20,418 bases of DNA. It comes from Rhizaria sp. SCN 62-66. Lineage: Eukaryota. The notes beneath the pieces were generated by a model that was not told where the DNA came from, made no database searches, and saw only the letters and a list, made by a program, of their open reading frames with translations. The translations under genes and the position numbers were made by a program. Below, piece after piece: positions 17,895-20,418 of the stretch (position 1 is its first letter; each line of letters starts with the position of its first letter). Location: contig MEDY01000092.1 in the NCBI GenBank assembly GCA_001724265.1, forward strand, positions 62,001-82,418, written 5' to 3'.

Positions 17895-18619
17895 TACGGA
17901 TAGCGTGTACAGGATAGCTTCCTAAAGAGTATAATTAAGGGAGAGTGCTTGTTTCCCCCAGTTTAATACCCAACTGAATGCGGTTTTCTTGTTGACGGAT
18001 GTTGTGTCGACTTGGTCCAAAGTCTAATTGACCTCTCTCGACCCCCCAAGCCAGCCGCCAGAGCCAGCAACAGCTCCCGCCCAGTCGCACAGTTGATCAA
18101 GCAATCTATGCAGATATCACGAGTTGAACGCAAATACAGCTGGGTTTGCGGTTTTCATTGAAAAAAATACCACATAAATTTACTTGTTATAAGCGTGGCG
18201 TGACTTAAACAAAGGTATCCAAGGTGACTTTCCAACCGAACTCATGACTCGAAGGGATATTAATATGCTGAGAGAGATGTATCAACGCGCCCACGATGTT
18301 GACAGGCTTTCACTGCTTTTACTGCGCATGCATGTTGATCGCAAAGCAAAGCCGTGCAGCTCGGTCAATACTACTCTGCTGTCGTTCGTGCTCTCACGGG
18401 AGTTAATGTCGTTGCACTTAGCTGAAGTACTGGCGACATTTCAACTTCAGTTACTGCTAAATATTTCAAGCCGAAGATTCCTCCAAGAACGCATGGATTT
18501 TTTGATTTAAGACAAGATAATATGTATTTAATCCGATTTCTAGGTAAGTTAGTTGAATTACGTTTTTGGCCACACTAAATCATCATCAACGCTTGTCACA
18601 AGCAAACACTCTTAACACG

Positions 18620-20418
18620 TTAGCAATCGGGTACAACACTCGCGTCCACGGTCTGGCTCATCACCCCCGCGCCGGCAACAACATCATTGTCATTCCACGC
18701 CCGCGTCGCCACGCCTCCACCACTCGAAGCACCATCACCATCAACTACGCGAACGCCGCTCTCATTCACACCACCGTCGCTTTTGTGAGAGAGTGCGGCG
18801 GTGTCGTAAGATGAGGCAGCGGGCCAGCTCGCGTCGCCAGCGCCCCACGTACCGGGGGCCAGGAGCCGTCGGGCCAAACTGGCCGCATCCGCCGCGGCCG
18901 CGGCCGCAGCAGAAGCTGCAGATGAGGCAAAGTTCAGGTTCGCGAGTGAGTGCACCTGCAAGTGCGCGTGCGACTGAGTCTGGGGCTGCGCGTGACGCGG
19001 CGGGCGCTAGTGCTGGTGCTGCTGCTGGTGCTGTGGGTAGGCGTTAAACGGCTCAGGATACGCACTCGGCTCTTGTTGCTGTTGACGTTGTTGCAGAGGA
19101 GCCGCAAGTGCGGAGGGCGCGGCTCTCACCGCTGCAGCACTGCTAATGCTATCGACGTTGACACCGCTCTTACAGCTCGCGTCACTAGAGTGCAACCCAC
19201 GCTCAGCGTTCTCCACATTCGAGCCACTGTTGTCGTCCGCGTCGTTGCTGTTCTGGCCCAGCAGCGCGTGGAACCGGTCCCTCAGGGTGTCCAGCTGGCC
19301 CCTCAGTGCCGCCGCGCGCGGCGCCACGGGCGGCACGGCCAGCGCGTGCACCGTCATCGACTCGCCGGCATGCGTGTGTAGCTGGGACTCCAGCTGCACT
19401 TGTGACCGGTGCGGCGGCGGCGGCGGTGGCTGCGGCTGCGGCGCCGCGGTGGCGAGTGCAGCTGTAGTGATAGGAGGGACACGGGCGCTGGCGGTGAGGC
19501 TGGGGACTGGGATTGAGCCGGGTGTGTAAGCAAGGTTACCGCGAATCGGCACACTAGCTGGCCCATTACTGATAACATTCGCACTTGAGCTGGGAGCAGA
19601 GTCCGTTGCGGCCGGAGCGTAGGAACCTGAGTCAGAGCTCAAGCTCGACGTTGAACCCGCGTTTGAGACAAACGCGGGCATTGACACCGGAGCGACAGAG
19701 GCAGCGACTGGAGCTGCTGCAGGAGTTGCAGCAACAGCGACATTAAGAACGTCCTGCGGGTGGTACTGCGGTTGATAATGTTGTTGTGGAGCGCTGATGA
19801 CGACTGGAGCAGCGTTGCCACTGGAGGAGCCCTGCACGGTCGCGTGGTTGCCCTGGGCGCCATAGTTAGCGCCCATGCTCGTGGCAGAGAGGAGACTCTG
19901 ACTTGCAGCCAATGCACTGCGCAACGCCTCCACCTCCGCCCTCAACCGAGCCAGCTCCAACGCACTTCCACCGGCACAGTCACCCGCAGCGGCCTTCGCG
20001 CTACACTGGCGATGATGCTCGCACTCGTGGTGGTCGTTGCTACTACCACCACCACCACCGCTGCCACCGCGCATCATTTTCCCCCATGCGAGCCGCATGC
20101 GCGCCCTGGTCGCCGCCGCCGTCACTGCCTCCGCAGCCCGCTCGCGCCTGTCCTGCGCGCGCTTCGCTTGCTCCGCCGCCGCACGCCACCGTCGCAGCGC
20201 GTCGCGCGCCTCTGCTTCACGCCGCAGCACCGGCGCCGCCAGCGCGCGCTCCAGCCGCACGCGCCGCGCCGCGTCGGCCGCCACCGCGGTCAGCGCGGCG
20301 CTGCGCCAGCGCTGAACCATCGCCGCGAGCTTGCGCCGGCGCGCCGCAGCGGCCGCGGCGTCGGCAACGGCGGCGAGCTCGCTGGAGCGCGCGGCCCGGG
20401 CGCGCCACTGCTGCAGCG
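18620..20418 (-). CDS. 3' part of a large helical/low-complexity protein with Sfi1-like (centrin-binding) Trp repeats; 5' end outside the window; interrupted by one in-frame TAG at 19009-19007
   Basis: The frame is open from the window edge (LQQWRARAA...KLAAMVQRWR...DALRRWR...RLAWGKM; Trp spacings 33, 40, 34 aa), then a short coiled coil (LELARLRAEVEALRSAL) and a Pro/Ala/Ser/Gln-rich region. After the TAG the same frame stays open and GC-rich to TAA at 18622-18620. If the TAG is a true stop the CDS ends at 19007. The Sfi1 call is by pattern only. Confidence 0.6.

Noticed and set aside
18244-18510. 88-aa ATG-initiated ORF in a spacer
   Set aside because: AT-rich, lacks the G/C third-position bias of the real genes, no motif.
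18847-18852. Perfect donor-like GTACGT (minus strand) within the post-TAG extension
   Set aside because: Downstream sequence stays GC-rich and in frame to TAA, unlike the AT-rich true introns, and no matching downstream exon is evident.
1-20418. Prokaryotic operon, CRISPR, defence-system or transposon interpretation; functional gene cluster
   Set aside because: Spliceosomal introns, KDEL, a mitochondrial presequence and DDX1 indicate eukaryotic nuclear DNA; no spaced direct repeats, transposase motifs or terminal repeats were seen; neighbouring genes have unrelated functions.

Overview
Gene-dense eukaryotic (protist-like) nuclear DNA: GC-rich exons alternate with short AT-rich GT-AG introns (129-210 nt, donor consensus GTA(C/T)G) and AT-rich spacers. 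I could hand-splice six complete genes: a Rubisco-LSMT-type SET-domain methyltransferase with a signal peptide and C-terminal KDEL (-), a mitochondrial branched-chain aminotransferase (+, 3 exons), a NAGPA-like uncovering enzyme (-, 4 exons), a CobW/ZNG1 zinc metallochaperone GTPase (+), DEAD-box/SPRY helicase DDX1 (-, 2 exons) and an ankyrin-repeat protein (-, 3 exons). A seventh, 5'-truncated Sfi1-repeat-like gene lies at the right edge (-). No mobile elements, rRNA, tRNA or CRISPR arrays were recognised. The most notable observations are: (1) an apparently ER-lumenal SET methyltransferase, plus a splice option that would remove its signal peptide in frame; (2) a single in-frame TAG in a Gln-rich run followed by 128 more coding-like codons, while no other gene here ends in TAG; (3) acceptor-like YAG sites 0-27 nt before every start codon, suggestive of spliced-leader trans-splicing or 5'-UTR introns; (4) large insertions and motif changes in NAGPA, ZNG1 and DDX1. 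All family calls come from motif recognition by eye; no database search was run.
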